Below are positions 50,347 to 60,450 of a stretch of DNA of 64,000 nt, piece by piece. The notes beneath the pieces are model-generated. The model searched no databases. It saw only the letters and a program-made list of their open reading frames with translations, and had not been told where the DNA came from. The stretch is from Acholeplasmataceae bacterium (GTDB lineage Bacteria > Bacillota_I > Bacilli_A > Acholeplasmatales > Acholeplasmataceae), in assembly GCA_963675245.1 (NCBI GenBank), contig OY775910.1, positions 160,001-224,000 of the forward strand, written 5' to 3'. Position 1 is the stretch's first letter. Each line of letters starts with the position of its first letter. The translations under genes and the position numbers were made by a program.

Positions 50347-53342
50347 AATGCATCCTTAATCTTATTAAATAGCACTGGTGCAGCTAATTCCTTATATAAT
50401 CTACCCTCAATATATCTTACACCTAAACGTGTTAACCATTCTTTCTCTTCTTTGGTTTTTACGTTCCTAATGACTAATGCCATCTGATAACTTTCAGTTA
50501 GATTTTGAAGTTGTCTAATATATTCACCATATTTGATGTCTTCTTTTAGAAAATTGATATGGAGTGCATGAAAAGGATAAAATACCGCTGTTTCCAACGA
50601 TGTCGTGTCCATACCAATACCATGATCTACTAGTTCCTTTACTTGGTTTCTAAATTGATGTGGTCTTAAATCCATATCACATTTTAAACGAATAAATTCA
50701 TATGGAATCTTGTAATTTTTTAACGTTCCGAGAATGAATGGATTAAAAGAAGGTTCTATGAACGTCTCTTTAGATATAGGAATTGTAATTTTAATTAAAC
50801 GTTCAGTTGCTTTTTCTAAGTCAACTAAAAATTGACAAACTTGCTCAATATGAAATCTTTCTAAGGCAACTAAGCGATTTCTCTTTTCTGCAATCTTTAA
50901 TAAATATCTTGAATCAATAACAAGATTCGTCAAAATTAATTCTGATTCATATTGCCAAACAACATTATTTTTCATATCAATCATTTGATTGAATACTAAC
51001 CCTATATCTTTTGTTTCGATAGCCTGATTAAGATAATCAATGACTTGTTGTTCAAATAGTTCATCTTCATAATCCCTAAAGACAAAGTATTCAACATGTT
51101 CTTCTTTATCACGTTTAGCTTTTTCAAGAGATATATCAAAGAATCTTAATAGTTTTTCTCTGTTTCTTTCAATTGTCACGACAGGATATCTTAAAACACC
51201 CATTGATGCTTGAAATTTTTCATATTCAAGTACTTTAGAATTATATTGTTCTAACAATCTAAAGTAGCTTTTAACACTCTTAGAAACGCTTCTAATATCA
51301 TTAAAAGGAATGACCACCATTAGTTGATTGAAATCAAAACGATACGTCGATCCATCAGAAAAATGTTTCTTCGTGACTTGTGAGAATTCTTTGAAGAATT
51401 GTGTCATTTGTTCTATGCCATAAATATGCTTTAAAGTATCGTCAAATTCGATTAAACAAAAACTCACTTTATCTTCTAAATAGCCATGAAACGCTTCTTC
51501 AAAAGCGTATCTATTTGATAAATCTGTTTCTGGGTCGACGGTTGCTTGTAAGACGAGTGATTTAGCTTCATCGACCTCTTTTGTTTGATCAACAAAGATA
51601 GATAAGATGGTTACGTCATCTTGATATTTAATGCTAAATAACTTTTCAAGAATATGTTTTTCTTGGTAAGTATATAAAATTTGACCTGATTCTCCAGGTT
51701 TAGCAAATAATGTTCTAACGAGATTTTTATAGGTGTTAACATATTCATAAGATATATCTCTCATGAATAATTCAAAATGATGATGTTGATCAACACCGAA
51801 CAACGACATAGCTTCATCGTTAAATGTACTTCTTGTTGCTGTCATTTCACGATATGCGATAATTGGTGAATTCATCACTTGACGATAGAAACTATTCTCT
51901 TCTTTTAATTTTAATAGTCTTTTTTCATCAGCTAAATGAGAGAAAATAATCGAACTAATTAATTTCAATAAATCATAATGTCTTGCAGGATCTTCTAGTG
52001 TTTCTTCTAAATGACACACAAAAACACCGTTATCTCCAATTGGAAGGGCATAAACAAAACCAACAGTATCATCATAATCCTTGCCTGTAATCAAATTTTT
52101 CGACCATTTAATTTGAGTGGTCAATTCATAAACTTCTTTTCCTAATAAGACATCTGAAATATAGGTGTTTTCAATTTGTGAACGACCATATGTTTTATCA
52201 TATAATCTTTCTTTCTTGTAGAAAAAGAAATTATCTACATCTTGATTTAAATAAATAGCCATCTCTTTAGTTTCTATTATTTTATCTACTTCAATGAAAA
52301 AAAGTCTTAAGAAATCTCTTAAAGGTAATTTTTCGTCAATTAAATGTGCATACTCAATGAGATGAATAGACGCTTCTAAATGCTTTAATAATTGGCTTGA
52401 TACAAGCGATTTATCAGTATCTGGTTTCTCAATAAAGATGACTTTCTGTTCTGTTTCAGATTTTGATTCTTCTTCTTTTTTCGCTTTTTTTGTCAAATTT
52501 CGATTGATGTTTTTTAAACGATTTTGATAAAGCGTTAAAGATGGTTTATTATCAATCTTTTTGTATAGATCAACCAATAATGTATAAACCAGTTTTCTAA
52601 CATCATCATCTTCTGCTTCAAAATACTCTTCGTATTCCGCTTCTAAATTAGCAGCCTTCATATATTCCTCAGTCAAATAGTAAACTTGTAATAAACTATA
52701 GACTGTTTTAATATCTCTTTTATCTGTTTTCAAAGCTTCTAACGCTTTTTTCTTAGCTTCTTCTAATTGATTTAGCTTAACTAAAAGATTTAGTTCATCA
52801 TGAAAATATTTATATTTTAAATCAAAACCATAAAGTGCATTGATTTCTTTAAGTGCATCCTCATAATGTTGATCGTTCATATGAATGGCAAATAACTCTT
52901 CATGACAATAAATCTTCACTTGATCAGGAACAACATCGGAAAGCACTCTTAAGAGTTGTTCTGTATAAGGTTCATGAAGTGCTTTTTGTAATGCTATTTC
53001 ATCAAGTAATCCCATATATTGATTGACAACTGGTAAAGCTTCTTTTCTAATATCAATATAAGATTTCGCTTCTTCTAAATGTCCTAACTTGAGACTCGCA
53101 TGGATTAAATGTCCTAAAATCTTTTCATAATACATACTTTGAGATTGATTTTCAATACTTTCAAAGACACGTTTTCCCTCATCATATACATACTCAAAAA
53201 GACCTTCTTCATCAGCAATCTCTAAGTAGAAATTAAATGCTGCTTGATACTCAAGATGAGTAAGGCTCGTTTCTAAATAATCTTTAATGATGGCGAGGCT
53301 ATTCGCCTCTTTAGGTAGATTTAAGACATCTGCTAAACGCAT
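50343..53342 (-). CDS. TPR + GAF/PAS-like + degenerate GGDEF + degenerate EAL signalling protein
   Basis: ATVDPETDLSNRYAF (DxLTGLxNR-like), YRFDFNQL at the GGDEF position, QYESEL at the EAL position, VKTKEEKEWL..LGVRYIEG EAL C-terminus. Confidence 0.75.
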   Translation of the reverse strand: MRLADVLNLPKEANSLAIIKDYLETSLTHLEYQAAFNFYLEIADEEGLFEYVYDEGKRVFESIENQSQSMYYEKILGHLIHASLKLGHLEEAKSYIDIRKEALPVVNQYMGLLDEIALQKALHEPYTEQLLRVLSDVVPDQVKIYCHEELFAIHMNDQHYEDALKEINALYGFDLKYKYFHDELNLLVKLNQLEEAKKKALEALKTDKRDIKTVYSLLQVYYLTEEYMKAANLEAEYEEYFEAEDDDVRKLVYTLLVDLYKKIDNKPSLTLYQNRLKNINRNLTKKAKKEEESKSETEQKVIFIEKPDTDKSLVSSQLLKHLEASIHLIEYAHLIDEKLPLRDFLRLFFIEVDKIIETKEMAIYLNQDVDNFFFYKKERLYDKTYGRSQIENTYISDVLLGKEVYELTTQIKWSKNLITGKDYDDTVGFVYALPIGDNGVFVCHLEETLEDPARHYDLLKLISSIIFSHLADEKRLLKLKEENSFYRQVMNSPIIAYREMTATRSTFNDEAMSLFGVDQHHHFELFMRDISYEYVNTYKNLVRTLFAKPGESGQILYTYQEKHILEKLFSIKYQDDVTILSIFVDQTKEVDEAKSLVLQATVDPETDLSNRYAFEEAFHGYLEDKVSFCLIEFDDTLKHIYGIEQMTQFFKEFSQVTKKHFSDGSTYRFDFNQLMVVIPFNDIRSVSKSVKSYFRLLEQYNSKVLEYEKFQASMGVLRYPVVTIERNREKLLRFFDISLEKAKRDKEEHVEYFVFRDYEDELFEQQVIDYLNQAIETKDIGLVFNQMIDMKNNVVWQYESELILTNLVIDSRYLLKIAEKRNRLVALERFHIEQVCQFLVDLEKATERLIKITIPISKETFIEPSFNPFILGTLKNYKIPYEFIRLKCDMDLRPHQFRNQVKELVDHGIGMDTTSLETAVFYPFHALHINFLKEDIKYGEYIRQLQNLTESYQMALVIRNVKTKEEKEWLTRLGVRYIEGRLYKELAAPVLFNKIKDAL

Positions 53343-53346
53343 GTAA

Positions 53347-54216
53347 TCATCCTTTTATGTCAAGATATAGTGATTCTGCTAAATCTAAATATTTTCCTGC
53401 TAACATTTTAAAGTCAAAATGAACGACTTCTGATAAACCTATCATATCTTTACGGGTGGCAACTTGATGCCATTGCAAAGCCTGAAACATACGATAAAAA
53501 CGTACAGCATCTTGTTCTTCTTTAGAAGCTTTTCTGCCAAGATATGTATCTAACAAATCAAGCGCATCACTGAATTGCACATTACCAAAACTTGCAATAT
53601 CATAATAGATTTCATTGAGACCAGCATACTCCCAATCTAATAGATAGACATGGTCTTTACCTAATACAATATTAGAGCGTTGTGCATCACCATGACAAAA
53701 TACTTTTGGTTTGTCTGATCTCGTTTTGAAAATTTCAATCCATTTCGCTTTTAAATCATCATATTTAGGATTATTTTCGTTAGTGAATGTTTCATATAAC
53801 GCAAGTCTTTCAACATGTCCATAGTCTGAAGCAGGTTCAATACCGCTTTGATGTAGTTTTTTTAGCACATCCGCTACATCTTTTAAATGTGGCTTATAAT
53901 CAATATCAGTAAGTATCGTTCCTTCTACGAATTTTGCAGCTTTATCGCCTGATTCTTCATCGAAATAAACCGTTTCATTATTGATGTCGAGTGATTTAAT
54001 ACGCTTGATGTTGTCATGTTCAATCTTACGATCAACAAAAAGATTACCATCAGCACCAATCACTCTGAATGTATAATCTTCTCCATGTACTCTAATGTGA
54101 TATGTTAAATGACTCATACCACCCAAAAAACGATTAACGATTTCAATATCCTCTTCGCTAACCGCAAAAGCTCTTGCAGCATGTTCTTTAATTATATGTT
54201 CGTTTTGATCTTTCAT
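53347..54216 (-). CDS. choline/ethanolamine kinase-like phosphotransferase
   Basis: GGMSH, FCHGD..SN, LLDWEYAG. Confidence 0.85.
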   Translation of the reverse strand: MKDQNEHIIKEHAARAFAVSEEDIEIVNRFLGGMSHLTYHIRVHGEDYTFRVIGADGNLFVDRKIEHDNIKRIKSLDINNETVYFDEESGDKAAKFVEGTILTDIDYKPHLKDVADVLKKLHQSGIEPASDYGHVERLALYETFTNENNPKYDDLKAKWIEIFKTRSDKPKVFCHGDAQRSNIVLGKDHVYLLDWEYAGLNEIYYDIASFGNVQFSDALDLLDTYLGRKASKEEQDAVRFYRMFQALQWHQVATRKDMIGLSEVVHFDFKMLAGKYLDLAESLYLDIKG

Positions 54217-54653
54217 AGTTCTTTAAAGGTGACCTGACCGTCCGCATAAATGGCATATGATTTGCGGTAATCACCTAACGCTCCTGGATTGATAATAGTA
54301 ATACCTCGGTCTTTTTGATAATATGGTCGATGAGTGTGTCCATAAATCACAACATCAACGTGCTCTGCCAGAGCAACATTAACTAACGTTTCATGAGTAA
54401 GTTTGACATGTTCTTTGTGGCCATGAGTCAACATCACACGAAGACCTTTAAGATCTAGTATTCGCATGTAAGGTTCATCAGAACCAAAATCGTTATTCCC
54501 TTTAACTGTGACTAGATGTAGTGGTTCATATTGATGTTTTGGTAAACATATGTCACCTGCATCAAGGTGATAATCGGCATCTTTGTGCATTTGACTCACT
54601 TTTTTTAAATTCTCTAATGCACCATGTATATCACTGGTAATGAGCAATTTCAT
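54213..54653 (-). CDS. YsnB/YfcE metallophosphoesterase
   Basis: SDIHG, AGD, GNND, THGH, GHTH, NPG. Confidence 0.9.
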   Translation of the reverse strand: MKLLITSDIHGALENLKKVSQMHKDADYHLDAGDICLPKHQYEPLHLVTVKGNNDFGSDEPYMRILDLKGLRVMLTHGHKEHVKLTHETLVNVALAEHVDVVIYGHTHRPYYQKDRGITIINPGALGDYRKSYAIYADGQVTFKEL

Positions 54654-55218
54654 GTAAATGTTCCTTTAATTTTTTTATCGCATTCGCGCGATGAGATATT
54701 TGATGTTTAACCTCAAGTCCTAATTCACCTAATGTTTGTTGATAACCATTCGGAATAAAAAGTGGATCATATCCAAATCCTAGATCTCCTCTTAGTTCAT
54801 ATGAAGCTACCCCTTTTACTTCACCTTCAAATTCAAAGGTCTTACCATCTGGGAATGCGACAACAATGGCTGCAACAAATCTTACATTTCTATTGTCTTT
54901 ATCTTTAAGTTCTGCTAATAATTTTAAATTGTTTTCATGATTTCCTTTACCAGAATATCTTTTTGAATAAATACCAGGTCTCTGATTCAAAGCTTCTGCT
55001 TCAATACCCGAATCTTCTGCTAAAACGGGAATTCGATATTTATTGGTAAAGAATTGTGCTTTAATTCTAGCATTTTCAATAAATGTTGTACCTGTTTCTT
55101 CTACATCTTCTTGGTCATTATAGTCATTTAAATTAACACATTCAATGCCAGAGGACGCCAATAGTTGATTTAGCTCTTTCACTTTGTTCTTGTTTTGACT
55201 TGCAATGAGCATTTTCAT
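54631..55218 (-). CDS. rdgB: non-canonical purine NTP pyrophosphatase (RdgB/HAM1)
   Basis: EDSG, PGIYSKRY, FGYDPLF, SHR. Confidence 0.93.
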   Translation of the reverse strand: MKMLIASQNKNKVKELNQLLASSGIECVNLNDYNDQEDVEETGTTFIENARIKAQFFTNKYRIPVLAEDSGIEAEALNQRPGIYSKRYSGKGNHENNLKLLAELKDKDNRNVRFVAAIVVAFPDGKTFEFEGEVKGVASYELRGDLGFGYDPLFIPNGYQQTLGELGLEVKHQISHRANAIKKLKEHLHEIAHYQ

Positions 55219-55320
55219 GTCATTCCCTCCTTTATCTTCACTTACTATCTTATCATAACCACAAAAATTATTATAGATAATATAGCTGATTTAAGTTATA
55301 ATAGCACTGGGTGAAAAATT

Positions 55321-56472
55321 ATGAATGAAGATCAAAAAAACATCAACGAATTTGATGATTTGTTTAAAACACACAATATTGAGCAAAAGCCACCAATAAA
55401 AGAGAGCAATTCCACTTATTTTTTATCGATTCTCTACTACTTATTAATTATGGTGGTATTATCAACTATTGTTGGTATTATTTTTTTATCGTTTGATAAT
55501 ACAACTATCACATTAAACCAAGATCAATTAGCGATTGAAAGTGTTGCATCCGACACTGGTGGTTTTACGCTTATTGATTCAAGTGCCTTTGACTTGTACG
55601 CTGAAGATTATAGTTCATATGTCTATTCTATTGGTTTATATAATGATTTCGCAATTGTTATTAACCTGTACAATACAGCTGGTTACGACTATTTAGTCAC
55701 ACAAAATACAGAAAATGTAAATATATTACAAGTTGATCATTTAGAAGCAATCCTATCTGGAGAACGTACATATTGGGATGATGCTTCAACCTATCAAATA
55801 TTTTTATATGAGTCATCTTTAAGTTCTTATAGTTCTGCAACGCTTCAAACAAATTATATTGAAGACACGCTTACAACATATACAAGTTTTGCGAGTTCTC
55901 TATTAAATTTCATCACTTATATCGCATTAACACCAATTTTGGCACTCGTATTATTAAGAAAAGATATTACAGCAGATTTACTTGTTTATAAGAAAAAATG
56001 GACACAATTCATCCCACCAGTACTTATTGGTTATGCGCTTGCCTTAGTAGGTAACTTTGTAGCAAGTTTTTTATCCGGATTAGTCGCTCAATTTTTTGGG
56101 CAAATGCAGTCCACTGCATCGAACCAAATGATCATTGAACAATCACTTCTATCAAATGGTGTTGTATTCATTTTCTTATCCGCTGTCATTTTAGGACCAA
56201 TTGCTGAAGAATTAATCTTTAGACTTTCAATCTTTAAGTTAATTAAAAATGAAATAGTCGCGTTAATTGTTTCAGCACTCGCATTTGGACTGATTCATTT
56301 GTTAAATGAAGTGACTATTGTAGATGCTTTGATTAATGGCATTGTCTACATTTCATTAGGATTTGTATTTGGATATCTTTATATTAGAAATAAAAAGAAT
56401 ATCGCAGTTAACATCGCCATCCACATTTTATATAATTTGATTAGTGTCTTGGCTGTTCTGCTTTTGCTATAG
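55321..56472 (+). CDS. CPBP (CAAX protease-like) intramembrane metalloprotease with N-terminal extracytoplasmic insert
   Basis: AEELIFR, FGLIH, IAIHILYN. Confidence 0.85.
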   Translation: MNEDQKNINEFDDLFKTHNIEQKPPIKESNSTYFLSILYYLLIMVVLSTIVGIIFLSFDNTTITLNQDQLAIESVASDTGGFTLIDSSAFDLYAEDYSSYVYSIGLYNDFAIVINLYNTAGYDYLVTQNTENVNILQVDHLEAILSGERTYWDDASTYQIFLYESSLSSYSSATLQTNYIEDTLTTYTSFASSLLNFITYIALTPILALVLLRKDITADLLVYKKKWTQFIPPVLIGYALALVGNFVASFLSGLVAQFFGQMQSTASNQMIIEQSLLSNGVVFIFLSAVILGPIAEELIFRLSIFKLIKNEIVALIVSALAFGLIHLLNEVTIVDALINGIVYISLGFVFGYLYIRNKKNIAVNIAIHILYNLISVLAVLLLL

Positions 56473-56475
56473 TCC

Positions 56476-56513
56476 AAAAAAAAGATGTTAGGCAATCCTA
56501 ACGTCTTTTTTTT
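56476..56513. terminator. bidirectional terminator
   Basis: AAAAAAAGAtGTTAGG-caat-CCTAACgTCTTTTTTT between convergent genes. Confidence 0.85.
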
Positions 56514-57300
56514 ATTTGATCACCACTCGTTTTTTAAATAAGAAATAACCTATAGCTAATCCAATAACTGTGACTCCCATAAATATCACAAACGTTAACC
56601 ATTCAAAATCATAGTTCGTCTTTAATATTTCAACTGGATCAGCAAATGTAAATGGTGAAGCATACTTGAATCGTTTCAACCACTCTGTATTGGTTAAAGT
56701 CGCTAACAACGTAATTATATAAAACGGTAATGGGATGATAATTGATATCATTGAATTCGTACCTGTTTTTAAAATTAACGCTAAGATAAACCCCAAATAA
56801 CCAATCACTAAATACATGACCATGTTAAGTGATGAAAATGAGAAATATTGCATGAAGTCAAATGATTCATTGACAGCAGCAAACCCTAAATAACCAAACG
56901 CATAATTAATCACAGAAAACGCAAAAATAAATCCAAAGATTATGATAATTTTCGATAAATAAAATGTCATTTTAGAGACAGGCATCGTATATAGCACTTC
57001 CGATGTTTTTTCTTTTTCCACTTTAGCTATCATATTAAAACCTAGACTAGCAGCGAAAATAGCACCGAAGATTTGCATCATCATAGCACCTTCTGTGGCG
57101 TAATACTCTAATACATTATCAGGAATACCACCGAACTGTTCCATGATTTGTTGCACTTCAGGTGGCATAGCAGCATAAATATCAATAACCATCGGATATA
57201 AGATAATCACAAGGAAAACCATTATTGATACACTTAAAGACCAGATGATCATAGCGAGATAACCACGACGTAACTCCATTTTCAATAGATTAATTAACAT
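56512..57300 (-). CDS. ABC-2 type exporter permease
   Basis: six TM segments, EKEKTSEVLYTMPVSK; start ATG 57300. Confidence 0.85.
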   Translation of the reverse strand: MLINLLKMELRRGYLAMIIWSLSVSIMVFLVIILYPMVIDIYAAMPPEVQQIMEQFGGIPDNVLEYYATEGAMMMQIFGAIFAASLGFNMIAKVEKEKTSEVLYTMPVSKMTFYLSKIIIIFGFIFAFSVINYAFGYLGFAAVNESFDFMQYFSFSSLNMVMYLVIGYLGFILALILKTGTNSMISIIIPLPFYIITLLATLTNTEWLKRFKYASPFTFADPVEILKTNYDFEWLTFVIFMGVTVIGLAIGYFLFKKRVVIK

Positions 57301-58168
57301 GATTAACACCTACCCCATAATGACTCAAGAAGATTTCTTCTAGTGTCACATCTCGAATCACTAAATCGTTGATATCAAACGTATTTAATATGCTTACTAA
57401 ATTATTCATTTCACCATGATAATGAAATGTCAGTTCATTATCTTTAATCGTGACATCAGTGACTAGCTCATGACTTATTTCAATGACTGGACTTATTTTA
57501 ACAACCTTATGTTCTCTTTCACGAAGCGTCTTCATCGTTTCTGTTATAATGACTTTTCCATCTTTTATTAACGAAACACGATCACATACTTTTTGAACAT
57601 CACTTAACACATGACTTGATAAGAAAATCGTAGAACCCATCGATTTAGCTTCTATAAGTAAGTTTAAAAAGTTTTGTTGAATCAATGGATCTAAACCAGT
57701 CGTAGGTTCATCTAAAATAAGTAATTTAGGTTGATGCATCATCGCGATTAATATGCCTAGTTTTTTCTTATTACCAAAAGAGAGCTCACTGACTTTCTTT
57801 TGCGTATCAATGTCAAGTTCCTTAATAATATGTGCTTTATACGTTTCATCAACAGTGTGGAATTTCTCGAAAAACTTAATGATATCTTTTACTTTATACT
57901 CATTAAAAAATAAGGCTTCACTTGGTAGATAACCAATCTCATGATTAATGACATAATTATCCATCTGGCATGCCATATCAAAAATGATTGCTTCTCCAGA
58001 ATCTTTATCTAAAAGTCCTGTTAAAATTCTAATCAGCGTCGTTTTACCTGCGCCATTTGGCCCAATAAAGCCAAATATTTCACCTTTATTGACACATAAA
58101 GAAGCGTCTTCTAAACCTCTTGATTTACCATAATATTTTTTTAAGTGGTTAATCTCTATTATAGCCAT
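57290..58168 (-). CDS. ABC exporter ATP-binding protein
   Basis: GPNGAGKTT, LSFGN, LDEPT, SSH; start ATG 58168. Confidence 0.9.
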   Translation of the reverse strand: MAIIEINHLKKYYGKSRGLEDASLCVNKGEIFGFIGPNGAGKTTLIRILTGLLDKDSGEAIIFDMACQMDNYVINHEIGYLPSEALFFNEYKVKDIIKFFEKFHTVDETYKAHIIKELDIDTQKKVSELSFGNKKKLGILIAMMHQPKLLILDEPTTGLDPLIQQNFLNLLIEAKSMGSTIFLSSHVLSDVQKVCDRVSLIKDGKVIITETMKTLREREHKVVKISPVIEISHELVTDVTIKDNELTFHYHGEMNNLVSILNTFDINDLVIRDVTLEEIFLSHYGVGVNHVN

Positions 58169-58172
58169 ATGC

Positions 58173-58958
58173 TTATAACTCCTTTTCATTTGAAAATAAA
58201 TGATTAAAATAACGATCTGGATGATTTAAAAAATCTTTCATCATTTGCACATTTTCTATCTCATCATAATCTATTTTTTGAATACCTTCATTATCTATTT
58301 TTAATATATTTGCGTTTGGATACGCCATAATTAGTGGTGAATGAGTCGCGATGATGAATTGACAACCATCTTTTATACCTTCATGTAACATATATAATAA
58401 TGATAGTTGATTATGAAATGATAAAGGTGTTTCAGGTTCATCTAATAAAATCAGGTAGTTAGGAACAAGTCTTGATTTAAAAAATGATAGATAAGATTCA
58501 CCATGAGATGATTTAAGCAAATCACGATCATGTAAACCTTCCACTTCATAAAGTGTTTTTTGATATGGTCCTTGTGCTTGCATTTTAGCAAATGTAGATT
58601 TATGTTGGTATGTTTTTTCAACATCTTTAATGGCTTCTTTTGCATAGGCTTTTTCTTTTTCTAGTTCATAAATATATGTTGTGAAATCTTCTGATGAAAA
58701 ATATAAACCTTTTGGTTTATGAAGCTGATATGTAAACGCCACTTTCACATGTGGTACTTTATTTAAAGAGCGACCAATTTGAAATAATTTCAATTCTGAT
58801 TGTATTAATTCAAGCAATGTGGTTTTACCACAGCCATTGTCGCCAATTAAGATCGTAATCGGATGATTCACATCAATTAATTGATTAAAGAAAGATAAAT
58901 GATATGGAAAATTCTTATGTTGTTCTGAATCGAAAAATACAGTTTTAAGCTTGCTCAT
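58173..58958 (-). CDS. COG3910-like ABC/AAA ATPase
   Basis: GDNGCGKTT, SHGES, LLDEPE, ATHSP. Confidence 0.85.
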   Translation of the reverse strand: MSKLKTVFFDSEQHKNFPYHLSFFNQLIDVNHPITILIGDNGCGKTTLLELIQSELKLFQIGRSLNKVPHVKVAFTYQLHKPKGLYFSSEDFTTYIYELEKEKAYAKEAIKDVEKTYQHKSTFAKMQAQGPYQKTLYEVEGLHDRDLLKSSHGESYLSFFKSRLVPNYLILLDEPETPLSFHNQLSLLYMLHEGIKDGCQFIIATHSPLIMAYPNANILKIDNEGIQKIDYDEIENVQMMKDFLNHPDRYFNHLFSNEKEL

Positions 58959-59022
58959 TCATCCACCTTCTTTACTATCTATTGTAACACGTATGACAAA
59001 AATAAAAAGCACCATCAGGTGC

Positions 59023-59979
59023 TTAAATCGCTTCTAAATCTCTTAACATGGAAACGCATAATGTTAAATGATATTGTTTCGCATAATCAAGGGCTGTCTT
59101 ATTAAGACGATCTTTTTTCATTGGTACTTGCCGTTCTATCAATTTTCTTAAGAAAATATGATCACGATTAAGGACGGCAATTGATAATGCTTGTTTATCA
59201 GCTAATCGTTCGTATTTAGGTGTTGCCATATAATCTGTAATATATTGTAAATTTTCAGGCTTATCAAATATCATCGCAGTATCAAGTGGTGTTTCAAATC
59301 TTCTGTTCTTTATGTCTATATATGCATCAGAAGCTAATAACAATCTGATGGTTTCAACTGTTCCGAATCTCACAGCATTAAAAATCGGTGTTTCAAAATG
59401 ATCATTTAATGCATTAGGATCTAAATTTTGATTGAGTAACATGTCTATTAAAACAACATTACTTGTCTTTGTAGCATGATGGAGTAATGTGTTACCATGT
59501 GAATCTCTCATGTCATAGCTTTGATTTGATTTCTTGATCAAAAAATCAATGACATCATGGCGACCACCAGCAATCGCATAATGAACCGGATATTTATCTT
59601 CCTTCGTTTGTTTATTCAAAAATGATCCAGATTCAATTAACAGTTTAATAAATGCTAAATCACCTTTAAAACTCGCAAGATGAATTGGTAATTCTCCTTG
59701 TCTATTTTCAACATTGACATTTGCATATTTATCAATTAGTTTTTTGGCAATTTGAACCTTACCTTTTCTTGCACAATCAAAAAGCGGTGTTTCACCGTAT
59801 TGATCTGTTAGATTCACATTAATATCTTGATTCAAAAGATAATCAATGACATCTGTCGCACTGCCTGTAACTGCATAGTGTAATAAACTCTTCTTCTTGT
59901 CGTCAACCATTTCTAGATGTGTCATATAAAGTTTGACAAATTCAAGATCATTTTCCGTTGCTTTTTGGAAGATATCCAT
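59023..59979 (-). CDS. ankyrin-repeat protein
   Basis: repeated G.TPLH/LLH.A ankyrin units. Confidence 0.9.
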   Translation of the reverse strand: MDIFQKATENDLEFVKLYMTHLEMVDDKKKSLLHYAVTGSATDVIDYLLNQDINVNLTDQYGETPLFDCARKGKVQIAKKLIDKYANVNVENRQGELPIHLASFKGDLAFIKLLIESGSFLNKQTKEDKYPVHYAIAGGRHDVIDFLIKKSNQSYDMRDSHGNTLLHHATKTSNVVLIDMLLNQNLDPNALNDHFETPIFNAVRFGTVETIRLLLASDAYIDIKNRRFETPLDTAMIFDKPENLQYITDYMATPKYERLADKQALSIAVLNRDHIFLRKLIERQVPMKKDRLNKTALDYAKQYHLTLCVSMLRDLEAI

Positions 59980-60027
59980 ACACTCACCACCCTAGTTATA
60001 TTTTACTATGAACGTGTTCATAAAAGC

Positions 60028-60062
60028 AAAAAAAAATTGTTCAACTCATTGTCGAACAATTT
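60028..60062 (-). terminator. intrinsic terminator after hup
   Basis: A-run followed by AATTGTTC...GAACAATT. Confidence 0.7.
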
Positions 60063-60070
60063 CTTTTTAA

Positions 60071-60346
60071 TCATTTAACAGCGTCTTTTAAAAGCTTTCC
60101 AGCTCTAAATGCAGGAGATTTTTGTGCAGGTACTTGGATCACTTCACCAGTTCTTGGGTTTTTACCCATACGAGCTGCGCGATCTCTGACTTCAAATGTA
60201 CCAAATCCTGTAACAACAACCTTTTCACCACGACGACCTAGCGTTTCAGCTACTGTGCCTGTGAAAGCTTCGATGACTGCTTCTGCAACCTTTTGAGTGA
60301 CTTCTGCTTTATTAGCCACTACGGAAATCAATTCAGTCTTGTTCAT
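60071..60346 (-). CDS. hup: DNA-binding protein HU
   Basis: MNKTELI, GFGTFEV..RAAR.GKNPRTGE, PAFRAGK. Confidence 0.97.
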   Translation of the reverse strand: MNKTELISVVANKAEVTQKVAEAVIEAFTGTVAETLGRRGEKVVVTGFGTFEVRDRAARMGKNPRTGEVIQVPAQKSPAFRAGKLLKDAVK

Positions 60347-60450
60347 TAGATTACCTCCTTTAAAGTAACTCTATTTTATCAAAATTACATGTATATTACA
60401 ACGATTTTCGCTTGAATAAGCGATTTTATCGGTGTTTTAGTCTAATAAGA

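Noticed and set aside
50343..53342. Active diguanylate cyclase/phosphodiesterase
   Set aside because: GG(D/E)EF, EAL and DDFGTG catalytic motifs are absent
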